Shown: in pieces, positions 40,756-51,220 of the stretch
How positions within the stretch are numbered: the first letter of the stretch is position 1
Layout: each line of letters opens with the position of its first letter
Assembly: GCA_965248195.1 (NCBI GenBank)
Contig: CBDFIQ010000002.1
Location: forward strand, 2,592,001-2,656,000
Reading direction: 5' to 3'
Length of the DNA stretch: 64,000 nucleotides
Source: Longimicrobiales bacterium
Lineage (GTDB): Bacteria > Gemmatimonadota > Gemmatimonadetes > Longimicrobiales > Gaopeijiaceae
Program-made: the position numbers and the translations under genes
Notes under the pieces: generated by a model
Database searches by the model: none
Told to the model about the DNA's origin: nothing
The model's input: only the letters and a program-made list of their open reading frames with translations

Positions 40756-41345
40756 GCGCGACCATGGAGAGGCGGGCGCCGACGCACGGTTTCACCCTCG
40801 TCGAGCTCACCTTCGCGGTGACGCTTCTTTCGGTGGTGTTGGTTGCGGTCCTCAACGCAGTCCTCACGACTCAGCGCATGTACACGGTTCAGTCGACCAT
40901 CGCCCGGGGTCAGGAATCGATCAGGGCGGCCGAGCTCACCATCGGCACGGTGCTCCGGACGGCGGGGGCCGACCCCAACGGCATCGGTACGACGCTCGTC
41001 GATCCCGACCCTCTTGGCCGGGGCACCTTCGACAATCTCAGGGTCGTGTCGGACTTCAATCCCGTCGACGGAGACACCAATGACGTTCTGGAAGACGTCC
41101 TCGTCTGGGTCGACTCCGACACCCTCTATATCCGGTGGAGCGCGGGGGGAACGAACCCGGCGATGACGTATCCGGTCACCAGCATGGAATTTCAATACTT
41201 CGCGAACGACGGCACGGAACTCGGCACAGCCGCGGACGTGGCATCCGGGGCCACCCAAGTGCTGTTTACGATAGTGGCCCCGCGGGATCCGAGATGAGAG
41301 GAAGTAGAGAGGAGAGAATCGTGGATTTATTTGAGAAATCGTTAG
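40752..41345 (+). pseudogene. PilW-like minor pilin with premature TGA at 41295-41297
   Basis: HG|FTLVEL, LR.AG.DP; the frame continues past TGA as EEVERRESWIYLRNR-TAG. Confidence 0.75.
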
Positions 41346-42676
41346 CACCAGCCCCGAGAAGGCCGCGTGGGGGAAGGGATGGAATCGCCTTGGCGACGGC
41401 GCTCTTCAGCCTGCTCGTCGTGACCGTTCTGGCCCAGGGAATGTGGACGATCGCGCGACTGAACAACTTCTCCGCAGTCAACCGTGAGGATGCCGCACGG
41501 GCTCTGAACCTGGCGGAGGCCGGGGTAGCTCACACCCTGGGTCTTCTCCGTAGTCCCCTGGATTCCATGAGCCTGACGAGCCTCTTGCAAGGCTCCGACG
41601 GCACGTCGGGCACTGGGGATGACGGCCTTCTCACCGGGCATGGACTTCCGAACGCCGACATGATTCCCTCCGCGGGGATCGCGATGGAGGGAGGCACCTA
41701 CTATGTGACTCTGATCGACGATCCAGCGGATTCCGACGGCGACCCCCTCACCGACTCGAACAGCCGGATCCTCGCGCGCTGCACGGGTGTGACCGATACC
41801 GAAGGGTCGGCGTCCATCGACGTAATCATTGGCATCCCCCGGTTTCCGGCCATGGCTTCGAACGGCAACCTCATGATCAACGGGAATCCGTTCATCCTGG
41901 GCGCTTGCGGGGGCGCGCACGCCAACAACGTCGTGATCGTCAGTGGCACACCCACGGTGGAGACCCAGATCTCCGCGTCGGATTCGGTCGAGGTGAGTGG
42001 ACAGATCAACCAAGCCGGCGGTGGGCAATCCACTCCGCTCAATCATCAGCCCCCGGTGGACGTCCCCGACCTCGATGCCATGGAATACTGCGGTGAGGCC
42101 GACTTCATTCTGCGAGCCAACGGCTACCTGGTCACCGTGGGTCCGCCGAGGGACAGCACCGAGGCCGACGACAACCCGGTCAACGGATGGCAGATGGGGA
42201 GTGACGACCCCGTCGAGTGGAACCTCAGCGGCAACTCGACGGTCGGCGGAAGCTACTGCATCGAGGGCAATGCGGTGGTCTCGGGGAACCCCACGGGTCC
42301 CGGAGGAACCCCGCTTCCTCTGTCCTTGTTCGTTGACGGGTCGGTACAGTACTCGGGGAACCCGAGGATCACCGCGGCGCATCCGGATGGCGTACTCATC
42401 ATGGCGAACGGGGACGTGGGCGTTTCCGGCAATTTCGAGGGGTCAACCGACAATTACGACGGCTTCATCTACGCAAAAAGTCAGTGCCAGGTCAACGGGA
42501 ACCCGCAGATCGAAGGACAGATCCTCTGCAGAGACGACCCCAATCCGCCGAACAGCAAGGAGTTCGTGTCCGAGACCGGCATTAGCGGAAACCCGACTAT
42601 CCACTACAACTGTGGGGGTATGCTCGCCGGAGCGCGTCGGATCCTCTCCTGGTATCAGACGCTGGGAGGCGGCTGA
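41321..42676 (+). CDS. PilX-like minor pilin with large C-terminal domain
   Basis: GTG with AGGAG SD; RDG|IALATAL, A.NLAEAGV; repeated xSGNP/NGNP motifs. Confidence 0.8.
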   Translation: MDLFEKSLAPAPRRPRGGRDGIALATALFSLLVVTVLAQGMWTIARLNNFSAVNREDAARALNLAEAGVAHTLGLLRSPLDSMSLTSLLQGSDGTSGTGDDGLLTGHGLPNADMIPSAGIAMEGGTYYVTLIDDPADSDGDPLTDSNSRILARCTGVTDTEGSASIDVIIGIPRFPAMASNGNLMINGNPFILGACGGAHANNVVIVSGTPTVETQISASDSVEVSGQINQAGGGQSTPLNHQPPVDVPDLDAMEYCGEADFILRANGYLVTVGPPRDSTEADDNPVNGWQMGSDDPVEWNLSGNSTVGGSYCIEGNAVVSGNPTGPGGTPLPLSLFVDGSVQYSGNPRITAAHPDGVLIMANGDVGVSGNFEGSTDNYDGFIYAKSQCQVNGNPQIEGQILCRDDPNPPNSKEFVSETGISGNPTIHYNCGGMLAGARRILSWYQTLGGG

Positions 42677-42691
42677 CGCCTCAGCTACGGC

Positions 42692-44149
42692 TCAGCACCA
42701 CCGCACACGAACCCGGTATTCCACGCGCGTCTCGCCGTTCGCCTCGATCTCGGGCGTCAGCGTGAACGTCCAGGCATCGGTCTTCTCGAACGGATGCGTC
42801 GACGACAGGATCTGCCAGTCGCCGCCCACAGGCTCGACGAGCATGACCTCGACGTCTTCGTCCTTGTGGTTCCTCAGATCGATCTGCCACGTGCTCTCCG
42901 AGACGCAGCCCGAGATCACCGTATAGTCCATCTGGCGGCGGTCACCGACGACGTCGAAGGCCTCTCCCATCTTGATGCGCAACTCCTCGTCGCGCGGCGT
43001 GTGATCGATCAGGTCCTCGCCGACGAACTGAAGGGCACCCGTGTGGTCGCGCTTGTAGACACGCACGACGCCCTTTGGGAGCGGCATACCTAGGCCGTTC
43101 CGCTCGCTGTTCTCGAAGTCGAGGAAGACGCCGACCTTCTGGTTCGCCGTGACCTGGCCGTAGTGACCCCGGTAGTAGTGCGTCGCGCCGTGGAAGATGA
43201 GCATCTTCTCGACCCCGAAGTCGTCGGACTCCAGAAGCGTGACTTGCTTCTGCTCGTTGTTCATGAGGTCCGCGGGGCGACCGAGCGTGTACAGGTGGTA
43301 CTCGAAGAAGGCGTTCTCCGTAAAGCCCGCGCCCTCCTGCACCGCCATTGCGTCGGCCATCATCATCGATCGGCTCTCGCGCCTCATGTTGCCTTGCACA
43401 CGCTGCACGTCGCCCGCGACCAGTTGGAGCCGAGCGTTTTCGTACGCCGTCCCGCTCTGGTTCGTGAGCGTCACCCAGCCCGTGAGCGCCGCCGCGTCGT
43501 CGTCCTCGTTGAGGACCATGACGTAGTCGGACTTCCAGTTCAGGCTGCTGGTGAGGTACGAGACCTCGACCTGTTGTTGGCCACCCGTTGCGTCGAGCCG
43601 CCACAGCAGCGTCGGCTCGGCGATAAGGTTGTCGGGAACCTCGGGGAAGCCGAAGCGCCCGGGGTAGTTGAACGTGATCTCACCGCCGATCCTCAGGATC
43701 GTACCGCCGTTCACCGACACGACCTCGGCCTCGACCGCCTCGTCCACGCCGGTCTGCGGATTGGTCCGATATACGTTCACGGACCGGCCGACGTACTTCT
43801 CGAGGAGCTTCTGAGGGCTCAGTAGGTCGAATTGGTAGTTCTGCTCGAGCACCTGCAATGGACCACCGCTGAGCGTGCGAATGTGGACCGTTTCAGGCTG
43901 GATACCGGACGCGACGTCGCCGTACTCCAGGGCGATGCGCCCTGAAGAGAGGTCGAGTGTCCGGATCTCGCGCACGAGCCCGAAGTTCTGGTTGTAGACG
44001 GTGATCGACACCGCGTCACGCTGTGCGGACGTGGAGCGGAGCGTCGGAGATTCTTGAGTGACCAGCGTCGACTCGGTCGCGGCGGGTTGGGTGCCGGAGG
44101 GCACGGTCACCGCCGCGAGGGTCGCGGCTATGGCAAGTAGTTTTCGCAT
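42692..44149 (-). CDS. DUF4139 domain-containing secreted protein
   Basis: Signal peptide, SITVYNQNFGLVRE, LEQNYQFDL, W..DY, AGDV, PLPKG.VRVY. Confidence 0.85.
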   Translation of the reverse strand: MRKLLAIAATLAAVTVPSGTQPAATESTLVTQESPTLRSTSAQRDAVSITVYNQNFGLVREIRTLDLSSGRIALEYGDVASGIQPETVHIRTLSGGPLQVLEQNYQFDLLSPQKLLEKYVGRSVNVYRTNPQTGVDEAVEAEVVSVNGGTILRIGGEITFNYPGRFGFPEVPDNLIAEPTLLWRLDATGGQQQVEVSYLTSSLNWKSDYVMVLNEDDDAAALTGWVTLTNQSGTAYENARLQLVAGDVQRVQGNMRRESRSMMMADAMAVQEGAGFTENAFFEYHLYTLGRPADLMNNEQKQVTLLESDDFGVEKMLIFHGATHYYRGHYGQVTANQKVGVFLDFENSERNGLGMPLPKGVVRVYKRDHTGALQFVGEDLIDHTPRDEELRIKMGEAFDVVGDRRQMDYTVISGCVSESTWQIDLRNHKDEDVEVMLVEPVGGDWQILSSTHPFEKTDAWTFTLTPEIEANGETRVEYRVRVRWC

Positions 44150-44228
44150 CGGATTCACCTCTGTATCGAGAGTCGGCCGGTATCGAGCTCGACCGAACGT
44201 TTCTGCCCATTAGTGAATCGCCCCGGGT

Positions 44229-45164
44229 TCATCGGAGACTGTTTGACTTGAGTGTCAGAGGCTCACCTGGAGCGTCCTGACGCGAATAATACAACTCTTC
44301 GTACTCGGCCGGCGGGATATGGCCGTGGGGCTCGAAGAGGCGATGGTGATTGAACCACCAGACCCATTCGAGGGTGGCGAGCTCGATGTCTTCGAGGGTG
44401 CGCCACGGACCGCGTGGACGAATGAGCTCGGTCTTGTAGAGTCCGATGATCGTCTCGGCCAGGGCGTTGTCATACGAATCCCCCCGGCTGCCTACGGACG
44501 GCTCGATGCCTGCCAACGCCAGGCGCTCGGTGTAGCGGATAGACAGGTACTGCCCCCTGCGGTCGCTGTGATGCACCAGGCGCTTGTCTGCGTCGTCCTC
44601 GCGTTCACAGATCGCCTGCTCGAGAGCGTCGAGCGCTAAGTCACTGCGTAATGAGTTCGAGACCCGCCATCCGACGATGCGACGGCTGAACGCATCGATC
44701 ACGAACGCCACGAAGACAAACGCATGGCCCGTCCGCACGTACGTGAGGTCCGAGACCCACAGCTCGTTGGGACGTGCCGCGCTGAAGTCTCGGTTCACGA
44801 GGTCCAGCGGGCGCTCGTCGCCCTCCGCCGTGTGCGTTGTCACCTTGAAGCGCCGCCCTCGCGTAACCCCACAAAGCTCCAGTTCCTTCATGAGCCGAGC
44901 CACCGTGCATCGAGCCACGGTGATGCCTTCCCGGTTCAGCTGCTTCCACACCTTCTTCGCCCCGTAGACCTGGAAGTTCTGCATCCACACTCGACGGATC
45001 TCCGGCTTCAGCATCTCGTCGCGCTGAGCCCGGACCGATCGTAGCGTCGGATCTGCCTGCATCGCCTTGTGCGTGTAGTAGGTCGACGGAGCGATCGGCA
45101 GTACCTCGCAGATCGGCTCGACTCCGTACGTGGGCCGGTAATCGTCGATGAAGGCCACCATCAC
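44229..45164 (-). CDS. IS3 OrfB (rve integrase/DDE domain)
   Basis: [41 protein letters not shown]. Confidence 0.92.
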   Translation of the reverse strand: MMVAFIDDYRPTYGVEPICEVLPIAPSTYYTHKAMQADPTLRSVRAQRDEMLKPEIRRVWMQNFQVYGAKKVWKQLNREGITVARCTVARLMKELELCGVTRGRRFKVTTHTAEGDERPLDLVNRDFSAARPNELWVSDLTYVRTGHAFVFVAFVIDAFSRRIVGWRVSNSLRSDLALDALEQAICEREDDADKRLVHHSDRRGQYLSIRYTERLALAGIEPSVGSRGDSYDNALAETIIGLYKTELIRPRGPWRTLEDIELATLEWVWWFNHHRLFEPHGHIPPAEYEELYYSRQDAPGEPLTLKSNSLR

Positions 45165-45481
45165 CGAACTCGGCGGTCGAGCTCCGCCTGTGCGAAATAC
45201 GCCGATGCCTTACGCAGAATCTCGTTCGCCCGCTTCAGCTCACGATTCTCACGCTCCAGCACCTTCAGTCGCTCACGCTCTTCTGTCTTGAGACCGGGCC
45301 GTTGCCCCGTGTCTCGCTCCGCTCGTCGAACCCATTTACGTAGCGTCTCCGCCGTGCACCCGATCTTCTCCGAGATCGAGCAGATCGCCGCCCACTGTGA
45401 GCTGTACTCAGGCTCGTGCTCGAAAACCATCCGAACGGCTCGCTCCCGTACCTCTGGGGAGTACTGTCCTTTCCTTTTCAT
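45161..45481 (-). CDS. IS3 OrfA (HTH)
   Basis: [47 protein letters not shown]. Confidence 0.92.
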   Translation of the reverse strand: MKRKGQYSPEVRERAVRMVFEHEPEYSSQWAAICSISEKIGCTAETLRKWVRRAERDTGQRPGLKTEERERLKVLERENRELKRANEILRKASAYFAQAELDRRVR

Positions 45482-45531
45482 GACTCCATCCTCTCAACTG
45501 ATGGAGTCTCCGGCAAACCCGGGGTGATTCA

Positions 45532-45655
45532 GAACAGGTCCGGGTTGCTGGTGAAGAGCCCGTCGACTCCCAACCCGAAGAGGAAGTGCGCGATCTCCTC
45601 TTCGACGGTCGCCCAACCGCCCGGATCCCCCTCGCGGAACCTCGCCGCTCTGAGG
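45532..45655 (-). pseudogene. C-terminal fragment of a glycerophosphodiester phosphodiesterase-like gene
   Basis: EEEIAHFL.GLGVDGLFTSNPD resembles the GDPD C-terminal GVDG.FT..PD motif. Confidence 0.55.
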
Positions 45656-45661
45656 AGAAAG

Positions 45662-45883
45662 CTCCATTTCCACGTCTGTGTCATCGACGGTGTGTTCTGC
45701 GAGGATCCCCTGGGCTCGGTCCAGTTCCACGAGGCCACCCATCTCACGGCCTCCGACTGGGACCAGCTACAGCAGACCGTTCGACACCGCGTGCTCCCTT
45801 ACTTCCACCGCCACGGTTTGCTCGAACGCCACGTCACCGATGACAGGCTCAGCTGGCAAGCCTCCGGTGGCTTCAGCATCGAT
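45662..45883 (+). pseudogene. IS91-family (HUH/Y2) transposase internal fragment
   Basis: HFHVCVIDGVF (HUH) ... GGFSID. Confidence 0.7.
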
Positions 45884-46778
45884 TACTTGAACAGCCCACT
45901 GCTTGTCGTCGACGAGGTGGGCTTCCGGCCGCTTGACCGCCAGGAGGCGAATCTGTTCTTCCACCTCGTCAGCGCCCGCTACGAGAAGGGCTCCATCATC
46001 CTGACGTCGAACAAGAAGCTGTCCCAACCGTAGTTGAAGGTTCCTGATAGGGGAGAAAGAAAAGTGGTGGCTCCGGGGGTCCCGGGCCGATAGGCTCGGG
46101 TAGGCAAAAACCCCAACACGGAGCCACCACGATGAAGAGAACGTACGAGGTAAGGGATCGGGCGGACAAGCGCGCGATCAGGGAGTTCCTGAAGCGGGAG
46201 GGGCAGTTTCTGCTTCCGATGCTTGAGCTCGTGGAGCAGACGGAGGTCGCGATCGACGAAGTCATCCAGGTGATGGGACGAGCGACGATCGAAGCGGTGC
46301 TGGAGATGAGCGCCGAGGGTGTGGCAGGCGTGAAGCAGGCAGGTCGGTCACGAGCGGAAGACGACACGGTGTGGTATGGCCGGCAGGGTGGTGTGGTTTA
46401 CCTGTCGGACCGGAAGGTGCGTGTGGAGCGGCCACGGCTCAGGCGCCGGGGCGCCGGGGAGGGTGGCGAGGTCGAGGTGCCGGCGTACGCAGCGATGCGG
46501 AGACCGGGCGCCGTGGCGGATCGGATGCTCGAGGTCCTGATGGCGGGGGTGAGCACGCGGAAGTACGGCCGTGTGATCGGTGAGATGGCCGACACGGTCG
46601 GGGTGAGCAAGTCGGCGGTGAGCCGTGAGACGGTCGAGGCCTCGGAGCGCGTGCTGAAGGAGCTGATGGAGCGCCGGCTGGATGCGTGGGACCTCCTGGT
46701 GATCTACCTGGACGGGATCCAGATGGGCTCGCACCACGTGCTTGCTGCGGTAGGCGTGGACTCAGACGGAAAGAAGCA

Positions 46779-48154
46779 GGTAGTGTCCCTAGATTTGTGT
46801 AAAAGCGGATAAGCTGGACAGGAGGGAAAGAAAAACGGAAGCTCCTCTGTTGTTGTTCACTGTCACATGAACCCGGGAGTCCGGGTCTGCAGAGCAGGCT
46901 CGGAACCGGAGAGGAGCTTCCGATGCAAGAGATTGTGGAGATCGGTCGGGCCACGCAAGACGAGCTACGCGATGATTTGCGCGAGCTGTTTCAAGGCGCG
47001 ATCCGGCTGACGCTCGAGATGGTGCTGGAAGAGGAGCTGAAGGCCATGGTAGGTGCACGCCGCTTCGAGCGGGTGGGAAGCCGGAAGGACCATAGGAACG
47101 GCACATACCTGAGGCGGCTGCTGACGAGCCTGGGGCAGATCGAGGTCGCCATGCCCCGGAGCCGGGACAACGGTTCGCCGGCCGACGTGATCGGCCGCTA
47201 CCAGCGCAGGAGCCCCGAGCTCGACGAGATGATGGTCGAGGCGTATGTGAGCGGCGTGTCACAGCGCAAGATGGGCGACGTCACCGAGGCGCTGATGGGC
47301 GAGCGTGTTGGGCGCTCGACGGTGAGTCGTGTGGCAAAACGGCTCGACGAGGCCGTGGAAGGGCTGCGCCGTGCGCCGATCGAGGGGCCTCACCCCTATC
47401 TGTACCTGGACGCCACGTTCTTGGACGCCCGCTGGGCCCGCAAAGTCGAGAACGTGAGTGCGCTCGTGGCGTATGCAGTGGGCCCTGAGGGTCACCGACG
47501 GCTCCTGGCCGTCACGCTGGGCGCTGAGGAGTCGCAGCAGAGCTGGTCGGAGCTCCTCGAGCAACTCCAGGACCGCGGCCTCGGCGGTGTCGAGCTCGTG
47601 ATCGCCGATGAGCACGCAGGCCTGGCAGCTGCGGTCCGCCGCTTCCTGCCCGAGGCACGCCGTCAGAGGTGTACGGTCCATCTGCAGCGTAATGTGGGGG
47701 CGAGGGTCCCCCACCGCCTACGCAAGCGCGTGGCGCGTGAGGTCTCGGTGATCTTCCAGACATCCGGACTCGCCGAGGCGAAGAAGCTCCTGGGCGAGTT
47801 CGGCGCACGCTGGAAGAAGGAGCTGCCCGAGGCCGTGGAGGTCCTGGAGCGGGGCTTCGGGGCAGCGACGCAGTTCTACGCGTTCCCCGAGGCGCACTGG
47901 CCCCGGCTGCGTACCACCAACAGCCTCGAGCGGCTGCACGGCGAGATCAAACGCAGGATCAAGGCCGCCGGCGCCTTCCCGGACCGGGCCAGCGCCCTCA
48001 GGCTCATCACGGCCGTCGCACTCAGGACCACACACGTCTGGGGCGACCGGCGTTACCTCGACCTCTCACTCCTCCAGAAACAGGAGGTCGCCCAAGCAGC
48101 CTAGCCGAAGGCGAGGAGCTTCCTCCGCTTTTACACACAAATCGGGACTTGACC
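46779..48154 (+). mobile_element. IS256-family element A, copy 2
   Basis: Same ends and transposase as 3150-4525; 8-bp TSD AAGAAGCA at 46771-46778 and 48155-48162. Confidence 0.95.
46923..48104 (+). CDS. IS256-family transposase (translation identical to 3294-4475)
   Basis: ORF track translations are identical. Confidence 0.95.
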   Translation: MQEIVEIGRATQDELRDDLRELFQGAIRLTLEMVLEEELKAMVGARRFERVGSRKDHRNGTYLRRLLTSLGQIEVAMPRSRDNGSPADVIGRYQRRSPELDEMMVEAYVSGVSQRKMGDVTEALMGERVGRSTVSRVAKRLDEAVEGLRRAPIEGPHPYLYLDATFLDARWARKVENVSALVAYAVGPEGHRRLLAVTLGAEESQQSWSELLEQLQDRGLGGVELVIADEHAGLAAAVRRFLPEARRQRCTVHLQRNVGARVPHRLRKRVAREVSVIFQTSGLAEAKKLLGEFGARWKKELPEAVEVLERGFGAATQFYAFPEAHWPRLRTTNSLERLHGEIKRRIKAAGAFPDRASALRLITAVALRTTHVWGDRRYLDLSLLQKQEVAQAA

Positions 48155-48879
48155 AAGAAGCACGTGCTGGGCGTGAGGGAAGGAGCGAGTGAGAACGCCG
48201 AGGTGACCAGCGCGCTCCTAGAGGATCTGGTCGAGCGCGGCCTGGACCCGGGCAGGCGGCGGCTGTTCGTGATCGATGGCTCGAAAGCGCTCAGGAAGGC
48301 GATCGAGAAGGTGTTCGGCCAACGTCACCCCATCCAGCGCTGCCGCAACCACAAGCTCCGCAACGTGCTGGGTCATCTGCCGAAGGATCAGCATCCTCAG
48401 GTGAAGGCGGCGTTCCGGGCGGCGATGAAGCTGGACGCGAAGCAGGGCGAGCAGAAGCTCGAGCAGCTCGCCCGATGGCTCGAGCGCGACCACCCCTCGG
48501 CCTCGGCCAGCCTACGCGAAGGCCTCAGCGAGATGTTCACGATCAACCGGCTCGGCCTCCCGCCGCGGCTGAGGAAGTGCCTGGGCTCGACCAACCTGAT
48601 CGACAGCACCCACTCGGGCGTAAGACAGAAGACCCGCAGGGTGACCAACTGGAAGAACGGAGCGATGGCCTTGCGCTGGGCTGCGGCCTCGTTCGTGGAG
48701 ACCGAGAAGAGCTACCGGAGGATCATCGGCTACGACCAGCTCTGGATGCTCAGGGCCCACCTCGACGACCATGAACCGGTTGCCGAAATGAGAAAGGCAG
48801 GCTAACAAGGAGACTCTCCGGAGCCACCACCTTCAACTGTCAGCGGGACACCATCTCGAACAAACACGTGCGCGACTAG

Positions 48880-49053
<174 letters not shown>

Positions 49054-49241
49054 TGAAGACTTCGGGTGCGCAGAACTGGGTGTCTCCCAACTGCGTAAAT
49101 CTGGTGTCTCTTTACATCACCTCCTCAAGGATCTATTTGAAGGGCGAAAGCTCGAAGATGGAACGGCGGTCTCAACCAACAGCGGAAGAACGCCGCCTGA
49201 GACGTTTACACACCTATTGACCCAACCGCGGAATTGCGAAT

Positions 49242-50648
49242 ATGAAAAACTGGTCAGAAGATACCGTGGCAATATTAACGGGGGCAATAATTCTCGGTAT
49301 TGCTGTTCTGGTTTTTCTGCTAATGCCCTATGCGGAAGTAGCACAGGCAGTTCTGGGCTCGGCTGGCAATCTTGAGTCATGGCTGACCACAGCCGATTTT
49401 GGCAGTGGCATTACCGGCTTTCTGCAGACTCTGGTTTCAGGTTCCAGACCATCGGCCTGGGGACTGAATCCGCTGACGGCTTTCCCACCGAACATATTTA
49501 TTTATGCGCTGGTGCTATTTGCAGTGCTGGCTTTATTGCTTGGTGGGGGCGTTGTGCTCATGAAGGAGAAACTCAAACCTTTTGTGAAAGGTTTTGGTTT
49601 TGTTTTTCTGGTAGCTGTGATGGCCTATCTGCTAGCTGCACAAACTGAATTTAGAAGTATCGGATTGGGTTATGCCCTGTGGGCTATCATACTGGGATTG
49701 TTTATCAGTAATGCATTCGGTATCCCGGATTTTATAAGGCCGGCTCTTAAACACGAACTGTTTATCAAAACCGGCCTGGTACTGCTGGGGGCAGAAGTAC
49801 TCTTTGGCAGAATCCTGGCTATAGGTGTGCCAGGTATTTTTGTCGCCTGGATTGTCACCCCCGTGGTACTTATCAGTACCTTCTGGTTTGGGCAAAGGAT
49901 ACTCAAGATTGGCTCTAAAACCCTGAATATCACCATCAGCGCAGACATGTCCGTTTGTGGGGTCTCAGCAGCAATTGCAACAGCCGCAGCGTGCAAGGCG
50001 ACCAAGGAAGAACTCACTACTGCTGTTGGTCTTTCCATGATTTTCACCTCAGTCATGATGGTGGCATTGCCGGTGTTTATTACCGCAGTGGGGATGCCTG
50101 AAGTCTTGGGCGGTGCCTGGATGGGGGGTACCATTGATGCCACAGGCGCCGTGGTGGCTGCAGGGGCTTTCCTGGGTGATACTGCATTGAATGTCGCTGC
50201 CACTATCAAAATGATTCAGAATATTTTGATAGGCGTGCTGGCATTTGGGGTCGCTGTTTACTGGACGACTAAAGTAGAGAGGAGCGCTGGCCAGGATGTG
50301 ACGGCAATTGAAATCTGGAATCGCTTTCCAAAATTTGTGCTGGGTTTTATCGGCGCGAGTTTGTTTTTTTCCCTGTTTTATGAAGTACTAAACAGCGATG
50401 TCGCCATTGTATTGATAGACAATGGCGTACTGGATTTTAGTTCCGATGTGCGTGCATGGCTGTTTGCTCTTGCTTTTGCCAGTATTGGCTTATCCACCAA
50501 CTTCAAGGAGTTAAGCGCCCAGTTTTCAGGAGGTAAGCCCTTAATTCTTTATATTTGTGGGCAGAGTCTGAATCTTGGGCTGACCCTGTTAATGGCCTGG
50601 ATTATGTTCTACAAGGTTTTCCCAGACATCACCAATGCCCTATCATAG
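49242..50648 (+). CDS. YeiH / putative sulfate exporter family transporter (AT-rich)
   Basis: [52 protein letters not shown]. Confidence 0.9.
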   Translation: MKNWSEDTVAILTGAIILGIAVLVFLLMPYAEVAQAVLGSAGNLESWLTTADFGSGITGFLQTLVSGSRPSAWGLNPLTAFPPNIFIYALVLFAVLALLLGGGVVLMKEKLKPFVKGFGFVFLVAVMAYLLAAQTEFRSIGLGYALWAIILGLFISNAFGIPDFIRPALKHELFIKTGLVLLGAEVLFGRILAIGVPGIFVAWIVTPVVLISTFWFGQRILKIGSKTLNITISADMSVCGVSAAIATAAACKATKEELTTAVGLSMIFTSVMMVALPVFITAVGMPEVLGGAWMGGTIDATGAVVAAGAFLGDTALNVAATIKMIQNILIGVLAFGVAVYWTTKVERSAGQDVTAIEIWNRFPKFVLGFIGASLFFSLFYEVLNSDVAIVLIDNGVLDFSSDVRAWLFALAFASIGLSTNFKELSAQFSGGKPLILYICGQSLNLGLTLLMAWIMFYKVFPDITNALS

Positions 50649-50661
50649 CAGACTGTTGAAA

Positions 50662-50937
50662 ATGATCCTCCGCCTTGTACTTCATCCCGCTCGGTTAATT
50701 CCCAAGCTGAAAATATTTTTGAAATTGTCCATTTTCTTGACTGCCTTAGTGATTTTACAACTGGGGATTGTTCAAATGAGTAGACAAGTGGACGCCATTC
50801 GTGCGCAGACTGCCTTGATAACAGAAAAGAATATTGATCCATCCGCCTTGTTCTATACAGAAAGTGATTTGGCACTCAATGCCGAAAAAGAAGTGCGGCA
50901 ACGAATATCAGCCTCAAGACTGGAATCAAGTAATTAG
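50662..50937 (+). CDS. small single-TM hypothetical protein (AT-rich)
   Basis: One hydrophobic segment, then IDPSALFYTES. Confidence 0.6.
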   Translation: MILRLVLHPARLIPKLKIFLKLSIFLTALVILQLGIVQMSRQVDAIRAQTALITEKNIDPSALFYTESDLALNAEKEVRQRISASRLESSN

Positions 50938-50957
50938 GGCGTGTTAGCACGCCCTAA
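50934..50957. repeat. perfect 10-bp inverted repeat at the island boundary
   Basis: TTAGGGCGTG-TTAG-CACGCCCTAA. Confidence 0.8.
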
Positions 50958-51220
50958 GATCCCACTCAATCCGATCGCCCGGTTGGACGGAAGTAGAAGT
51001 AAAGGATGCGGGGTGGCCGCTCCCCCTCGTAGTGGCGGGCGCGCTCGTAGGCGATGGCGGTGACGACAAAACGTCCAACGACAGCCTGAGCGCTACACCC
51101 CGAAGTGGAATGGTGAACGTCTTGTTTGCGCCTCCACGGAGTTCGCTGATCCGCAAGCGTACGAAGAACGCTCCACCGGCTCCAGAAACCGCTCCCCGTC
51201 CGATGCGGCGGGGAGGCCAC

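Larger units (their letters stand above)
44214..45531 (-). mobile_element. IS3-family (IS51/IS6110-like group) element, 1318 bp, no TSD
   Basis: IRs TGAATCGCCCCGGGTTCATCGGAGACT / TGAATCACCCCGGGTTTGCCGGAGACT; flanks (TAG / GAA) differ. Confidence 0.93.
46132..48805 (+). pseudogene. IS256-B transposase (429 aa) split by IS256-A; segments 46132-46778 and 48163-48805
   Basis: Rejoins in frame as DSDGKK|HVLGVREGASEN; YLDG, IDGSKAL, QRCRNHKLRN, STNLID. Confidence 0.92.
46015..48855 (+). mobile_element. IS256-family element B (1457 bp when intact), inserted in istB and itself interrupted
   Basis: IRs GAAGCTGTCCCAACCGTAGTTGAAGGT / GATGGTGTCCCGCTGACAGTTGAAGGT; 8-bp TSD TCGAACAA at 46007-46014 and 48856-48863. 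Confidence 0.92.

Noticed and set aside
41295..41297. Selenocysteine or genetic-code reassignment of the pilW TGA
   Set aside because: TGA is the normal stop of many genes here, the downstream sequence is purine-rich with no evident SECIS hairpin, and the context is not a redox motif.
3150..48154. 45-kb composite transposon bounded by the two direct IS256-A copies
   Set aside because: Each copy has its own intact, different TSD (GTATGGAC versus AAGAAGCA), so they are independent insertions, and the enclosed genes are housekeeping.
50958..51220. Small gene or ncRNA between the island and the acylase gene
   Set aside because: Only short ORFs without convincing starts or motifs.
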